Made by a program: the position numbers and the translations under genes. A DNA stretch of 64,000 nucleotides from Azolla caroliniana (lineage: Eukaryota > Plantae > Polypodiophyta), in assembly GCA_043228905.1 (NCBI GenBank), contig JBHGNT010000158.1, positions 1 through 64,000 on the forward strand, read 5' to 3'. Each line of letters starts with the position of its first letter. Within the stretch, counting starts at the first letter, position 1. The notes below the pieces were generated by a model that saw only the letters and a program-made list of their open reading frames with translations, searched no databases and had not been told where the DNA came from. Positions 24,473 through 37,430 of the stretch are shown one piece after another.

Positions 24473-25170
24473 ATGGCAGCCGGCGCAGGACGAGGAAAGG
24501 CCGCAGGAAAGAAAGCCACGTCTCGTAGCTCCAAGGCTGGGTTGCAATTCCCTGTTGGGAGGATCGCTCGATTCCTCAAGTCTGGGAAGTATGCAGAGAG
24601 GGTAGGCGCCGGTGCCCCTGTCTATCTTGCCGCTGTTCTTGAATACCTTGCAGCAGAGGTAGGCTCAATTTCGCTTCCCATTTCTGTGTATGGTTTTTTG
24701 TTTTTGTGTTTTTTGTTGTAGGAGATCATAAATTCGCCAAGGCTATGTCCCGGTTTCTTGTGAATTCTGTGCATAATTCTCAGTTTATTTAGGATTGAAT
24801 ATTTTTTCTCCATAGCCTCATCTTTAATATGAGTAGAGATTCGAAGGTTTCTCTTTTTGACTCTGTATATTAGGGCTTTATACGTTTTCTACCACTCGCT
24901 AGATGCTGTATTGAATTTTTGGTGTTGTCTAATTGGTAACGAATTGATTTGCAGGTGTTAGAGCTTGCTGGCAATGCTGCTCGTGACAACAAGAAGAACC
25001 GGATTGTTCCTCGCCATATCCAGCTGGCTGTGAGGAATGATGAAGAACTGAGCAAGCTGCTAGGACAGGTCACTATTGCCAATGGTGGTGTGCTACCCAA
25101 TATCCACAATGTACTCCTACCCACCAAGAAGTCGGCAGCTGGTGGCAAATCAGCCTCAGAAGATTTGTAG
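24473..25170 (+). CDS. H2A: Histone H2A (canonical/H2A.X-like core, C-terminus KSASEDL), 2 exons
   Basis: Exons 24473-24658 and 24955-25170; [14 protein letters not shown]...[21 protein letters not shown]...[13 protein letters not shown]. Confidence 0.98.
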
Positions 25171-26189
25171 TTCACTCAATTGTTGTCTGGATTCCACTCT
25201 TTGTTTACCATCATCTGGGTGTTTCGTTAAAGCCATCCATAGGTCTAGGGCTTTCTAATAGCCTTTTTCTTGGTTGAATCATGTAAAGGCCTGACTTTGC
25301 CCCTGCACTGATGGATAGCAATGCACCCAATGTAAATGTCAATTAACAGACATCTGAAAGTGTGTTAAATACTTAGATTTTAATGCCAGAAACTCTTAAT
25401 TCTTGCTGTATCAATTTGTTTGATTTTAATTGAGTTAGATTTTGTAGTTACTGCAGATTGGATGTATGTTACTAAAAATAGTAACATCATGTGCTACCCT
25501 CTAATGTATACGTGGTTCTGTTGAAGCTGTGGATTGTCTTGTCTTATCAATGTATTGTGCATGTTCTGCTATAGTTGAAATGTGTGTGGATATCTGCAGA
25601 TGTATAACGTGTTTCTTGAGGGAACATGAAGCAAGGCCTGATTATTGCTCCTGCTTTAAGACATTTCCCACATAAACTATGTGAGTGGATTAGACACATT
25701 TGAAATCAGTGCTGTACATGGATATGGTGAAGTCTACATAATTATTTAGAATTCCAAAGCACATGTCATACCCTGGTATACATGCGAATGCATGTGCTTG
25801 CACACAAAGAGAGCTATATATATCTCAGATTTTTGTTTCATGTTGAATACTTTTAATATTTGTATATCATACATGCATATTGAAGTCAGAAATTATCTCG
25901 TGCATGTGCACCTAAATTATTGGTATTGGCATCGTGCTAATTATACAAATTGTTAACCATCCCCTAGGATAGATACCAGGAACTTTCTTCTATATCCAAA
26001 GGCTAAGCTTTTCATGTATCAAATGCATATTACCAGAACACTCAGAAAAACAGTGTTTGCTGAATGTAACCTTATATTAAAATGTTTGCTTTTGTACAAG
26101 AAATCCTACAACATTTCTTGATTGGAGTTTTTCTGATTACATGGATCATGTAATGGTGCAAACTGTGGCTGCACCAATCCTTAACATTC

Positions 26190-29100
26190 CTATTTCCTGC
26201 CACCCAAACCTCTCAAACTACATGACGGAACCTTTCCATGTGGTTTTTCTTTCCAAATGTAGTAAACACGATTTCCTATCTTGCACTCAATTTTGTTAAC
26301 AAAATGAGACCAAATAGGTTTGGCTTTACTGCTTGAGTTCAACTTGTTAAGCTTTTCTCTAATCTCTATTAAGGAAGGTGATATATTGCCTAAAGTCCAT
26401 AGAAGTGAAACATGAGGACGAGGATCCTGCAAATATGTGGAATTAGTTGGTGTTAATATCACAAGGTAATGATGATGAAATATATATTTACAATAGAATT
26501 GCCGGCTATATATTTCAAACGCAGAACTAGCGGAACACACCTCATAGAATGTTTGCAGGTTATGCAATTTGAAGACTTCATTTACAAGAGATATTTGTTT
26601 GCATATCTGCAAAACACATCTCACATGTGTCAGAAAACCAATTGAAATATAACAATGAATATGACCTGAAGAAAACATTTTCACATTATCCAATCCTAAA
26701 CCTGCACTAATCCTTTATCGGTAACTTCAGAACTAAGAAAGGCTCGGGTTTGATCATCATTGACAAATATCTCCCAATAATCCAGCTCCAACCAATATCT
26801 ATTAAACCAGTAACAAATAAATTATTAGAAACATAAATGGAGGTAGGCATATGTTCATTCCCTCATTCAATATACTGAAATATATAACTGACCCTTTTTG
26901 GCAGTCAAATTTATTTTGAAGCATGGAAACTATTGAATCGATTTGATGTATAAGAACAGGCACAGTTCGGGAAAGACTTATATGATACTCTTTTGCCAGG
27001 CTCAAATTACATGGAGTCCTGCCATCTTGGCGCGAAAAACTTGGTGTATCAGACTCCACGAGCTGAAGTTCTGGTGCAATGGAAAAGGCTTCCTTTACAA
27101 AAGGTTCAAGTCGGGCCCTGGTAATAGATGATAGAAGAACTGTTCCCCTCCCCACCAAAATCCAAAACCAAAACATGAGAACAAGGAAAATCGAACACAA
27201 AAGTATGCACTGTAAGGTATTTCTCTTTCATCATCGAAATAAATATTTATTGGGTTAGTTTGCAAATAAACAATTTAATATGCAAGCTGCTCTTAGGAAC
27301 CACTACATACATGTTTTCTAGTTTATTCCTTTCTTCCTCTCTCTTCTGTGTTAACATATTTACTTTCTACACTCTATCCTCACAATTATAATGCTATTCA
27401 GCACAAGCTCATCAAGAAGTCTTACACAATGTACATGACATGCCAGAATCGAAGAAAATGTATATACGAATTTGCGAGAAGAAAAAGGAACACGAATGAC
27501 ATAACAAGATTATGAAGCTTCAAACAGAAGTAGGTAAATGCATTTCATGAATATTTGCTTCTCAAAAAATAGCCAGATCACAAATAGGTACACTAAAATG
27601 TGTTCAGAACATGCAAACATATTAATTTTCTCTTGTAAAGGAACATCTATACCCTGTTTTGGATTCTTTGCACTTGGATGGTCCTTCAATGTTCATGTGC
27701 CATGTAGTGGGCATGAAGAGTATCATAAACAGAAGTAGGTATGCCTTTCATGAATATTTGCTTCTCAAAAAATAGCTAGATCACAAATAGGCTTACTAAA
27801 TGTGTCCAGAACATGAAAAACATAATATATTTCTCTTGCAAAGGAACATCAATGCCCTGTTTTGGTTCTTTGCACTTGATGATGGTCCTTCAGGACAAGA
27901 TAACAGGCACAAGTAACAAACTGTAGAGAATGCACGCCTCACATATTTCTGACACACCAGGTGGGAAAATAATCACTGAATCACCATGGAGAATGCAAGC
28001 CTTGCATCCTTGATGCATGAAAGGTGGGAATATGGGCAAAATATTGAGAGGGATGAGTCATCATCATCAAAAGGCCTTTGACACCTGGATATGAGTTACA
28101 GTATGGAACTGCAACAGAGCTCATAAACAGATGTAGGTCTTTTCCAGGAAACGTTAAGAGACACAGATACTATGTTCTACAAAAAGAAAAAGATACATTA
28201 GTGCTCAGGGAGTAGGTTATCATGCATTAGATAATACCTGTGGGCATTGATCAGGAGCACAAAACTAGATGCTCAGCACATACATTGTTCCTATCTTAAA
28301 AACAGGGAATCCCATACAACTGGGATAATGCAGGACTACAATGGTTGGACATAGCTGTGCCAAGTTGCATGGGTCCAAATCTTCACACTTTGAGCCATCG
28401 TTGAGGAAAGCAATTCAAGAAGGAAACTAATCTATTGCTGCTTTTGTAGAGTTCCCCAGCCATTGACAAAGAACCATGTGCAAGCCACGTGGAGAGTTTG
28501 CAGAACCTAGGGGTCCCTCAGGATAGGGGCTAAACATTAGGCTGATGAGATTATGTACATACCAGACTCACCATAGATTGTTAGCACTCCTCAACCTAGA
28601 GCTTCACAGAAAGCGGAAGTTACAAATACAAAAGCAGATAATAGGACTTGCACAGAGATTAGTCATAGACTTATTCGACCCTTCCAAGCCTTTCAACTAC
28701 TGCTCCACAAAGTTTGGTTAGAGACCTCAACAATATGCATTGGGAACATGAAGTGAGTTCAAGGTGTGATTCTAGAGAGGCACAATCAGTCACTGAGATT
28801 TGCATATTATGCCACCCACATCCTACGGGGAGATTGAGAGGCATATATTACAGCTGGATGCAGTCCATCACTTGGTTTTGGTGCCTTCCTCTACGATTCA
28901 CACATACTTAAGATGAAGAAGCAAATGACATAAATCATCTCAGGGTGATCTGCAGGATGCTGTGGCCTTATTGCTCTTGAGATGTATTACCATTCACTTC
29001 AGAACCTACAAGCAGGGTTGCGTTTTCATTTACTTACTGGATTATTTTGCAGCTTATAATATAACTTACAGAGTTTTATAAGATATTACGAATGTAATAG

Positions 29101-32100
29101 TTGTGGGTCTCAGAGGTAATTTGGCCTCTTTAAAGATGTTAATATAATATATATTTGCTTCTTTCATTTTGAATTCACAAGCTTCCTGCTAAGTGAGAGC
29201 AGAGACTAAATAGTGGACTATTGGGGTCTCACCTACTACTATAACATATCCATACATCACCACAGAAAGGCCCTGATACAACTATTTGCAACCATTACAA
29301 CAACGAGCTGGGAGCTACATTGCAATTCTGAGGACTCCAAGAGAGGATAATATCCAGAGAAGCATTGGCGTCTGGTACGTATTCCTCACAATGGATTGGA
29401 ACAACTTCCTCAGAATGTCCTCATCTTCTGAAAGTTGGTGGCATATGAGCGAGTCCCAAGAGCTTGTTACTCAGAGATAACTGCATAGTTGCATGGGGTT
29501 GCTGCTTGACTTGCAGGTCTTGAACACTACTATCTGTGCAGAACATAGTGGTAAGGCAGATGATCATTATGTTGGATGAACAAAGGACATGGGGTAGACC
29601 AGAATGGCCCATGGCAACAAGGACGGCCTTCTATAGAGACTACTTTACACTGATAACAGATAGTTTCCAATTTCCCGTGACACAAACACAACTCTCTCCC
29701 TGGCATAATTTTCACTCTTCAAAGTATAATAAGATAATATTGATCATTTCGATATTTATGAACTGATATGATTATAGCTAACATGTGATATCATACACAC
29801 CTAAGATAGTTACATGATGTTTTTTTACATTGCTTCACATCTATGAAGCGTAAGTTTTGCGTAAGAAGAAGTCTTGCATACCTGGAATATAAACATGCAA
29901 AGCATAATTTCCATCAACATGTGGAAAGCTTCGAATCCTTCCACGATGAGGGTCATTCATCTGCAACAAACATGCTATTTATGCCAGATGAGTTAAACCT
30001 TTAAATTTTATTACAATTTACTTAAACATACACTACCAGATACAGGGTGTGGCACAACGGGCATTTGATTATGTATCAATTCAGAAAGATGGTATGATTA
30101 GGAGAAATCTCAACAGATAAGAGATTGATGGCCATACTTAATCTGCGAGTGTACATATGTAATCAACCACATCTTCCACACAAGATATCAAATTGATGGG
30201 TATTTAATTTCCAACAAAATGTGAATTTGTACTATGTATTCCCATTTCATAAGAACCCAAAGATCAAAGCATAGAACAATTCCATTACAGTCCAGCATTC
30301 TCCACTCTCTGTGAAAACATGTGTGAATGGCCTGAGACATTACCACCATGATCTGGGACATTCTCGAGTCACTGCATATAAGGCATTATGCAACCATGGA
30401 TAAGACAACTCATGCCATGCTTCATTGAAGGACCAATCACACGCACACACACACTGCATATACCCCACCCCACACATTACCATTCACTTCACCAATGAAA
30501 AGATATACGCTCAGTTGAGGTTTATGAGGGGTCTTTGCCTCCTTCACATGTCCACACCCACCTTTACGGCACAAATAGCACGTTTCCTCCACAAATCAGC
30601 CATCAACTCCTTCCCACACACAAAGCACATGAAAAGTACTCCAATTGATGGTATGATGATAATTGCAAAGAGCTCAACTGCCTGTTAGGAGCCCAGAAAG
30701 CATTAAGGGAAGCTAGACAACTAGTAAAGACTCCTATGCACCGCAAGAGAAGGGTCTTTGAAGAGGCACATGAGCTTGATCTCTGCCACCTGCTCATGAT
30801 TTTGGAATCTAGGAATAGGAAATATATTTGATGAAAGAAAAGTAGAAGAAGATGATAAAGAAGAAGCAATGGAATAAAAGAGGCTTGGTCTATTCTTACC
30901 TTGTCCTCCCAACCTTAGGACATGCCTTTAAATACTAGCCCCCATGCATAAATGCTAGTATGCATGTCCCCCATAGTTCGGTGTTATGTGTCCACACCTA
31001 TGCTCGAGGCTATCTCCGAATTGTCCCATGATACTTACGGTAGTGACATACCATCCCCCTTAAGGGATTGGTCACTATCCCCCTTCCAAAACTACCTCTC
31101 AGATTCCCACATAGCGGACAAAGGATGACCTTTCATAGAAACAGAAATTGATGGAAAGTATGATCTCTCAACTTCTTCTCTCAAATCTCTAGGATACAAT
31201 CCTTCCCTGAGTCAACTATCAAAGGACTTGGCTATTCCACATTACCATCCATCATGCTATCTTCATCTAGTATACACTTCTTCATTCTATTAACAAGAAA
31301 CACAAGATGAATAAGACTACCCCCTGACAAATCTAGCTTATAAGCAGCCTCTCCAATCTTCTCTGTGATCTTCCATGGACCATAAATATCCACGAACTTA
31401 ATAGAGGAGCCAATATGGGCCATAATAACCAAAAAGTACACATCTTGTTGTCAAAACATGTCACTCTACTCATAGCAGATTGGATATTTTTTTTTGCCAA
31501 TATCCAACTTGTCTCTCATATCCTTTAAATAATGCGAAGCAATTGCATTACAACTACTCAATCCTACTGAATATGGATAAGCTGACTAAACCCTGTAATT
31601 CAGCTAGAATGGGGAAAACTTGATCACCAAATGTTTCCGTGAGTTATACACAAGCTAAAGCAATAAATAACTTCCCTAGTCTGTTTGACTGATTGACACA
31701 TGCCAAACATATATTCCAACACTTGGTTAGTCATTTCTATTTGACCATCGATCTCAGGATGTTCTCCATTCGTAAACTTCAATATAGTGCCTAGTTTCAG
31801 AAACAAGCTAGTCCAGAACTTCTTGGTTCACGACAATAGTTTTGGGTAACCCATGAATATGGAATACACATTGAATGAATATAGATCGGTCACCTATGAA
31901 GCAATTGCTTTCTTTGCAGTGGCAAAAAAGTACGCCTTTTTAGTGAACGGGTCAACAACTAACACTGCATTTTGTTGACATTGAGTACAAGGCATACCCA
32001 CAACGAAATCCATGTACACACTTGTCCACAGGCAAAATTTGCAACAAACAAGGATAATATACTCTTTCATACTTAGTGGTCTCCCAAGGAATGCATCAGA

Positions 32101-32922
32101 GACACATAGTCTAGCGCATCATAGTACGTACATGGTCCCCAATAGTAGCACTTTGTCATTTCTAGAGTTTTCTTCATGCCAGATGTCCAGCACATGAACT
32201 ACTGTGACAATCCCTCATAACCTGGTTCCTACTACCGGGAACCTACAGTACACATATATTCCATTTCTCGAGAAACCTTCGCTCAATGGAGAACTTTGGG
32301 GCTAGTGGTGTAATGTTGCATATATTATGTGAGATTTGGAAGCTGCTATACATAGCTATCCTTGTACGACAAGATCATATAAGCATTCCACATTCCATTG
32401 TTATCATACATGTACCGTTTCTTGCATCTTTTCAGATGGTGCACAACCATGCACCTTCGTACATTTGATTTGTTTGATATGCCGATTTTGTAAAAATATG
32501 CATTAACAATTCTCTCACTCTCACTCTCTCTCTCTAAATGTGCCAAAATTAGCCTCCTCGTGCACAATGAAAATTCTAATTCTCTTCAAAGGTGAAGAGA
32601 TATTCGAACAGCCTTGTCTATATGTACCACTACTTACACGTAATAGCCAAGTTAAACCGAAAAAAATGAAGAAGAAGGAGAGAGTGTAGTGTGCCTTACA
32701 GGAGTTAGAAGCATTGAGGAGGTCAGACGGAGGAGGAGGCAGAGAGGAGGAGGAGGAGGAGGAGGAGGATGAAGCCTCAAGTGTCATGGAAGGTTTTGGC
32801 TTCTTCCGCTGGGGTGAGTCTGTGGTGGACGACGACGATTCCGAGTCGGAAGCCTTCCTCTTGGGCGAGTCTGCGATGGACGATGACTCAGAGTCGGATC
32901 CATAGATTAGCAAAGCATCCAT
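26190..32922 (-). CDS. USB1: U6 snRNA phosphodiesterase USB1/Mpn1 (2H phosphoesterase), 6 exons
   Basis: ATG at 32922 (MDALLIYGSDSES). Exon 29974-29882 encodes GRIRSFPHVDGNYALHVYIP; the two HxS motifs are EYHISLSRTV and DPRPHVSLLW; also FVNDDQTRAFL and ECKIGNRVY. Confidence 0.93.
27520..27892. repeat. About 205-bp-period diverged duplication in USB1 intron 2
   Basis: AAACAGAAGTAGGTA...TCATGAATATTTGCTTCTCAAAAAATAGC...GGTCCTTCA at about 27522 and 27727. Confidence 0.85.
28200..29720 (+). mobile_element. Possible degraded LINE (APE endonuclease region) in USB1 intron 2
   Basis: Broken peptides DQEHK, LVRDLNN (cf. GDFN) and RFTHT in APE-like order; weak. Confidence 0.3.
31040..32030 (-). mobile_element. 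Ty3/Gypsy (chromovirus-like) integrase remnant with PPT, in USB1 intron 1
   Basis: MDFVVGMP...VVDPFTKKAYF, HPEIDGQIEMTNQVLE, YGPWKITEKIGEAAYKLDL and a chromo-like AMWE, then a purine tract AAGGGGGATGG followed by TGTCA. Confidence 0.85.
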
Positions 32923-33042
32923 GGATGGAAACAGCAAATAGACCAAGACAGACAAAAGGCACAGACAGAGAAGGTGCCCCAGTGTCTCGCTATACCGAGA
33001 GCCTATATACATAGCTAGAGCTAAGCTGCCATGGGGCACACA

Positions 33043-33413
33043 TAACAATCGGCAACGGTTCGGTTCGGTTTGAGAGGGTCCAAACCGAACTGTTTAACAA
33101 ATTTTAAACCTGAACCAAGCCGAACCACGAAACTGTTAAACCGCGGTTTCGTGGTTTGCTTTTGGTTTTCAACATAGGTCAAAATTTTAAAATTTATAAT
33201 ACTTCATTATTTAAAATTTTTAAGATGTTCCTTTTTAGGTGTGAGAATAAGGTCTAAAAATGAAAAGATTGTTTAAAAGCCATTTTTAATTTAAAAAAAA
33301 AAAAAATAGAAAATAGAAAACCGTTAAACCATTTAAACCACGGTTTCTGGTTATTAAAACCGAACCAAACCGTTAAGCTGCGATTTCACGGTTCGGTTTG
33401 TTGCCGATTGTTA
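33043..33413. mobile_element. hAT-superfamily MITE, 371 bp, intact ends
   Basis: Perfect 14-bp TIR TAACAATCGGCAAC (33043-33056) / GTTGCCGATTGTTA (33400-33413); 8-bp TSD GGCACACA at 33035-33042 and 33414-33421; AAACCG/AACCG subterminal repeats and an AT-rich core. Confidence 0.92.
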
Positions 33414-35362
33414 GGCACACATTTTATCATAAAAGTATGGTTTTTACACATTAGGGTGGACCCTTCTATAACTTGTCCCCAATCCCTCTCGATTTCTAAC
33501 CCACAATGATTTGGACGTTTTTCTGCCTTGTTCAGAGAGAGATATGAGATATGAGATGAGGTGCCCATTGGGCCATAGCTGCTATGGTCATGTCGATTTT
33601 TCATGTCCATGTGGCGAAAAGTGATATTTGGTATGGCCGGGTTTACCTAAGATGTGTGAGCAAAAGTTGCATCAATCGTTTCCAAAGTCCTGGAAATGGA
33701 GGAGTCAAAGGTTTTCCAATACCGTATGCAATTTTTATTGGCGAGATGACAAAGCAAAATCCAATTTTCATGAACTAAAATGAAATTGGTAATGCATAGC
33801 AGTTTATTAATAACAGATTTGCAGGCTTTTAATTTCCTCTTTAATAAATGTGGATGCATGAATTGCACATGACCAAGGAGCAATCTCTATTGTTGCAGCA
33901 TGTCGAAAGGCTTTAAAATTTGTTCTAATACATTTGTAAAGTTTAACTTCATCTCTCTCTCTCTCTCTAGGTCAAATTCTCTGCCCTGTTCACAATCAAC
34001 GGCTTTCTCGAGTGGAATGCTCTTTGCATACAAGTTATAGATGGTTGTGTTAGTGATCTTCCTTCTTATCCAACAAACCTCTTATTTGAAGCATACCATG
34101 ATGGTTTTCTACTCCTCATGCCTAGCTCTAAGCTTATGGACATTGGCATTCATTTTTTGTCTCATGTCTATTGAGAAAAAGGAATTTAGAGAATAGATTG
34201 GAACAAGTGTTGGGTTCAATATGCATAATACATCATTGTACAACTATGAATACTTATACGGTATACCATTACACTACCTTAATGCATGTTTCGCACCTAG
34301 CAAGTTAATATTTAAAGGTATCTTTAGATGCACTCAATGACTATGTTTCACAAATCTTTGATTAATTTGAACAACTTGCTACCTATCCATTAAAGGAAGG
34401 ATATGATTACAAAGAATATTTCAGTCAATTGAATGCATGAAATTCTTGTCATTTAGATGTTGAAACGAGTGTTTGAATCAAAATTCACTTCCATTGTGAA
34501 TATTCAAGTTAAATTACATGTTCTTCAGTGATGATTGAAATCTATCAAGTATACATATGATGGTCCCACTTTTGACACATGTTTACTTTGGATTAAGAAT
34601 GAAGTAACCTCCTTGCCTAAATTTCAAAGCATATGGGCTGTGTTTTATATCTAAAAGGAGTGGGAACCCTCTTTTTCATTTGTACTAAGGCTCAACTTCT
34701 TTCTCAACATTTTGGAAGTGTCACCCATTCTCTTTTACGCAACAATGTCTATTTCATTTGTAGAGTAACAATCTCGGTCATGAACTCTTTCCCTATCTCG
34801 CCAAAAGACTTTACATTTCATGATTGCGATCAACAACATCTTATAATAAAGGGTTCTCGTGATCTTCACAAATTTAGCTTTTACTCTAAGGTTCGTGACA
34901 TATCTTTTCAAGCCTTTTATCTCGTCCTACGGGAGGAGAGTTTGCAAATTAGCAATTCGATTGAGCCAAAGCATTGCATTGGTTAGACGATTATTGGAGT
35001 ACATTAGCACTATCCGATCCCGATAGACACACTAGAATGTCTCTAACATAGCGGTTAGATGCGAGGCAAAACCGATCCCATCCCATCCATGTCCGCAATG
35101 TTCAGGCATACATAGGCCATGGCAGGTGTGAGCATCACTCCACCCCATCCATCCATCCATTGTCTGTCCCTACATCATCCCTCCCTTCTCTTTTCTTCTC
35201 TTTATGTGTGTGATTACAGTTAGCAGGTAGGTTACTTGAAACACAAGTGATGTTCAAAACAGCAATGATAAGAATGAATTGAATACATCTGCACAAACAT
35301 AGGGTAAGAGTAAGAATAAGAATAAGAGTGTGTGTGTGTGTATGTATGATTTCACCATATCC

Positions 35363-37092
35363 ATGGCAGCTTATTTTTGCCAAGAGCAGTATCACATCAC
35401 ACTTGGCTTCCTGCATCTCCTTAGCATACTTCTCTTCTCTACTGCTGCTGTTCCTCCTCCTCCTCCTCCTTTCGCGGCTCGGTTGCGGTCCAAGTTCAGT
35501 ACAACTACTGGAGTGCTGAGCAGCCCTAATCCTAATGACATGACAACGGCTAATGTGTGGCCTCAGCTTCGGCATCGGCATCGGCATCGAGATGAGCTCA
35601 TTATCAATGGAGATGAGCACATGATCCATGGAGATGAGGTCATGATTCATGGAGATGCGCCGATGATGGATATAGCAGCTGGGAATAGGCAGCGAAGGGA
35701 GGAGGTGGACGCCGAAATGTTGGACTATGCAATGAGGAGGTTGAGGCAGGAAGGGAGGGATGCAAAGACAGGGCAAGCATATGAGGTGAGATTGCCGAGG
35801 TGGACCGCACCCCCTCTGCGAGGGGGCCCGGGCCCGGGCCCGGTGAGGGCATGCCAAGTCATGCGGGCCGAGCCCGGGAGCCTCCGCAGGAGGGGCCTGC
35901 TCTTCAATGGCTTCACCATTGCCCAGGGTACTCAGGTCCATCAACAGGCAGTAGTACCACAAGAGCATGGGGTCACCACAAATATAACAGCACCTCATAC
36001 CTTGGAAACTAGCCAGGTAAAAAAAACACAGATTGTTTGGCCACTAAAGCTTTTTTGCTTTTCTGTTTTATTGCTTTTGAGTACTGAATGCATCCCCTTC
36101 CAACATTAGCTAATGCTGCTTATTGTTAATCTCATCATTATCATCATCATCATCATCATTATCAGCAGCAGAAGCAGCAGTTTCTTTTGCTTATTTATCG
36201 CAGTCTCGACAACCATCTCGCTCTCGATTCCACCTTCTACCAGCTTCCTCCGGGCTACACATTCATTAGCCCCATCTTTGGCATCATCGGTTATACCTAC
36301 TCTCAGCTCCTTCTCCTCAATAATACCAGTATAAGCACAGATAGCAGCAGTGCAGTGCTCACAAAGGTAGAACTCTCATCCACTTCCATGACCACTGTGG
36401 CCATTCTCCCCACCAATTCCTTTAACCTAACTAGTTCCCGTTCGCCGCCCTACAATGCGAGCCCCCCGGCTGTAACCCCTCTCTGTGCTTTCTTCCTGCC
36501 CAATGGCTCCTTCTATTTCTCTAACCTCTCACACCCTCCCAACATCTGCTCTTCCTTCATAGTCTCTGATACAGCTCTAGTCCTTCCGCCGCCTCCTTCT
36601 CCGGATATCGTAAACCTCCTCCGCCCCAAAACCTCCACTATTCATGCTTACCCTACTTCTTCTGCACCGAACACTACCACAATTCCCCCTAAGTTTGCAC
36701 TAATCCTTGCCTTTGCGGGTGCTGTCGGGCTCGGGACACTCATGATGGCTGCTGCCATTTTGCTGGCTCGCGGCTGCGCCATGCCCAACACCACCAGGAA
36801 TCTTCTCTCCAAATTATCACAACAATTGCCAGCAGCTCTTCATGATGAACCAAGTAGGATAGCAGCCCAGATCACAGATCATGCCACTAATCTGCACCAT
36901 GATGAGATTTCGGCCACTACTAGTGGCTGCTTGACTTATGGTCTTGGCAATACTGTTATTCATCACGATGATCAGAACACCCAGCTCCTCTACGATAATT
37001 ATAGCCATCATACCAGAGCTCCCTCTGTGCCTGCCCTCAGAACAAAGCCTTCATTGGAGGTGGGCAGCCTACATGCCATGGTTTCATCTTGA
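35363..37092 (+). CDS. DUF1191-family single-pass membrane protein, 2 exons
   Basis: Exons 35363-36016 and 36166-37092 (NAGNAG acceptor; an alternative ATG lies at 35342). Signal-like N-terminus; DYAMRRL...KTGQAYEV...PGSLRRRG and LLLIYRSL...YQLPPGYTFISPIFGIIGY; TM helix ALILAFAGAVGLGTLM; C-terminal TKPSLE. Confidence 0.8.
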
Positions 37093-37430
37093 CAACCATT
37101 ACCATATATGTACCTATCTTCCCGAACAATACACTTAAAAACCCTAAACCCAATATTTGCAAGAACTCCCCCTTCACACAAATGCCCTGTATTATTTGCG
37201 AGAACCCTAAATCATGGTGTTGGGGCGATGCTGTTATTCATGATGATGATGATGATGTTGACACCCTGTTCCTCTACAATTGTAGTTACCATACCAGAGG
37301 CTCCTTCTTCTGTAAACGAAGCTCTCTTTGGGGGTGGGCAGCTTCCATGGCATGATTTCATCTTGACACTAAACTATATATCTATCTTCCATACAGATAC
37401 CTTAAACCCTAAACCCTAAACCATATATTT
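36953..37430. repeat. Diverged duplication of the DUF1191 gene 3' end, with short AAACCCT repeats
   Basis: CTGTTATTCAT...CATACCAGAG...GGTGGGCAGC...TTTCATCTTGACA at about 36953-37093 and 37231-37368. Confidence 0.8.

Noticed and set aside
35135-35998. 287-aa minus-strand ORF
   Set aside because: Antisense shadow of the GC-rich DUF1191 exon.
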